Of a stretch of DNA of 64,000 bases, positions 63,636 through 64,000 are shown piece by piece. A model generated the notes under the pieces. It had not been told where the DNA came from, did no database searches, and saw only the letters and a program-made list of their open reading frames with translations. The stretch's first letter is position 1. Each line of letters begins with the position of its first letter. The translations under genes and the position numbers were made by a program. The stretch spans positions 192,001-256,000 of IMG/VR virus record IMGVR_UViG_3300011989_000257, one strand, 5' to 3'. The stretch comes from a virus. Taxonomy: Duplodnaviria; Caudoviricetes.

Positions 63636-64000
63636 TATCTTTTTTCTTCAATAAAACTTCAAAATAAAATGATTTGTCCACGCCTTCCCAAGAACTTACC
63701 TGAGCCATAGATTTGTAATAAACATACCACTCATCTTCGTTATACTCAGGAAATACAGCATCTCCATCAGCATCATCATTTACAATGGTTAACCTCATTT
63801 CATCAACAAGATTCTCTTCCATGAACTGACGATAAATGCTTTCACCTCCAATAACAAATACTTCCTTATCTCCAAAGAAAGCATCGCATAATTCAACAAC
63901 ATCTTTCACTGAATGTACAATATATACATTTTTAAATTCCGCATTAACACCATATTCCTCATTATTGGTGATTATGATGTTTACTCTGTCCTTCAAAGGC
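63628..64000 (-). CDS. folA: Dihydrofolate reductase (5' part outside the window)
   Basis: PLKDRVNIIIT, VFVIGGESIY and GDAVFP motifs. Confidence 0.9.
   Translation of the reverse strand, partial: PLKDRVNIIITNNEEYGVNAEFKNVYIVHSVKDVVELCDAFFGDKEVFVIGGESIYRQFMEENLVDEMRLTIVNDDADGDAVFPEYNEDEWYVYYKSMAQVSSWEGVDKSFYFEVLLKKKDNE

Larger units (their letters stand above)
1..64000 (-). other. Segment of a large Bacteroidales-infecting phage genome (accessory/early gene region)
   Basis: Dense, almost unidirectional small ORFs with 0-4 nt overlaps, AT-rich sequence, Bacteroidetes -33/-7 promoters, homing endonucleases, RNA repair and NAD auxiliary genes, and no bacterial housekeeping operons. Confidence 0.88.

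Noticed and set aside
1-64000. Stop-codon recoding (TAG=Gln) as in Lak phages
   Set aside because: TAG ends genes cleanly at 4011, 5273, 10947, 25014 and 25198, immediately before the next start, and long conserved genes are uninterrupted
1-64000. tRNA/rRNA genes and cas1/cas2
   Set aside because: No cloverleaf with a TTCGA T-loop in intergenic gaps and no adaptation genes recognised by eye; tRNAscan-SE would confirm

Overview
64 kb from the accessory/early region of a large AT-rich tailed (jumbo-type) phage of Bacteroidales. Nearly all genes are small, tightly packed and on the minus strand. They are driven by about 20 canonical Bacteroidetes promoters (TTTG-N19/20-TAnnTTTG), and many of these are fused to a terminator-like hairpin. 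TAG is used as a stop (standard code). Recognisable cargo: NAD salvage genes (pncA, pncB, nadD), ADP-ribose-removing enzymes (TIGR02452 PARG, NADAR), RNA ligase, CCA-adding enzyme, YqeY, DHFR, metallophosphoesterases, a peptidase, two free-standing homing endonucleases and several expanded paralogue families. Two structures stand out. (1) An intact IscB whose omegaRNA appears split in Cas9 fashion. Its scaffold is predicted to start at an 18-nt anti-repeat with no guide of its own, while mini-arrays of the complementary repeat with unique spacers flank the gene. For the two best copies, every difference from perfect pairing is a G:U wobble. (2) A 2465-bp IS1595-family transposon (25-bp TIRs, 8-bp TSD) carrying a phage-type BspA LRR gene, with symmetric outward-facing motifs and terminators at both ends. 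All calls come from reading the sequence; no database searches were run.
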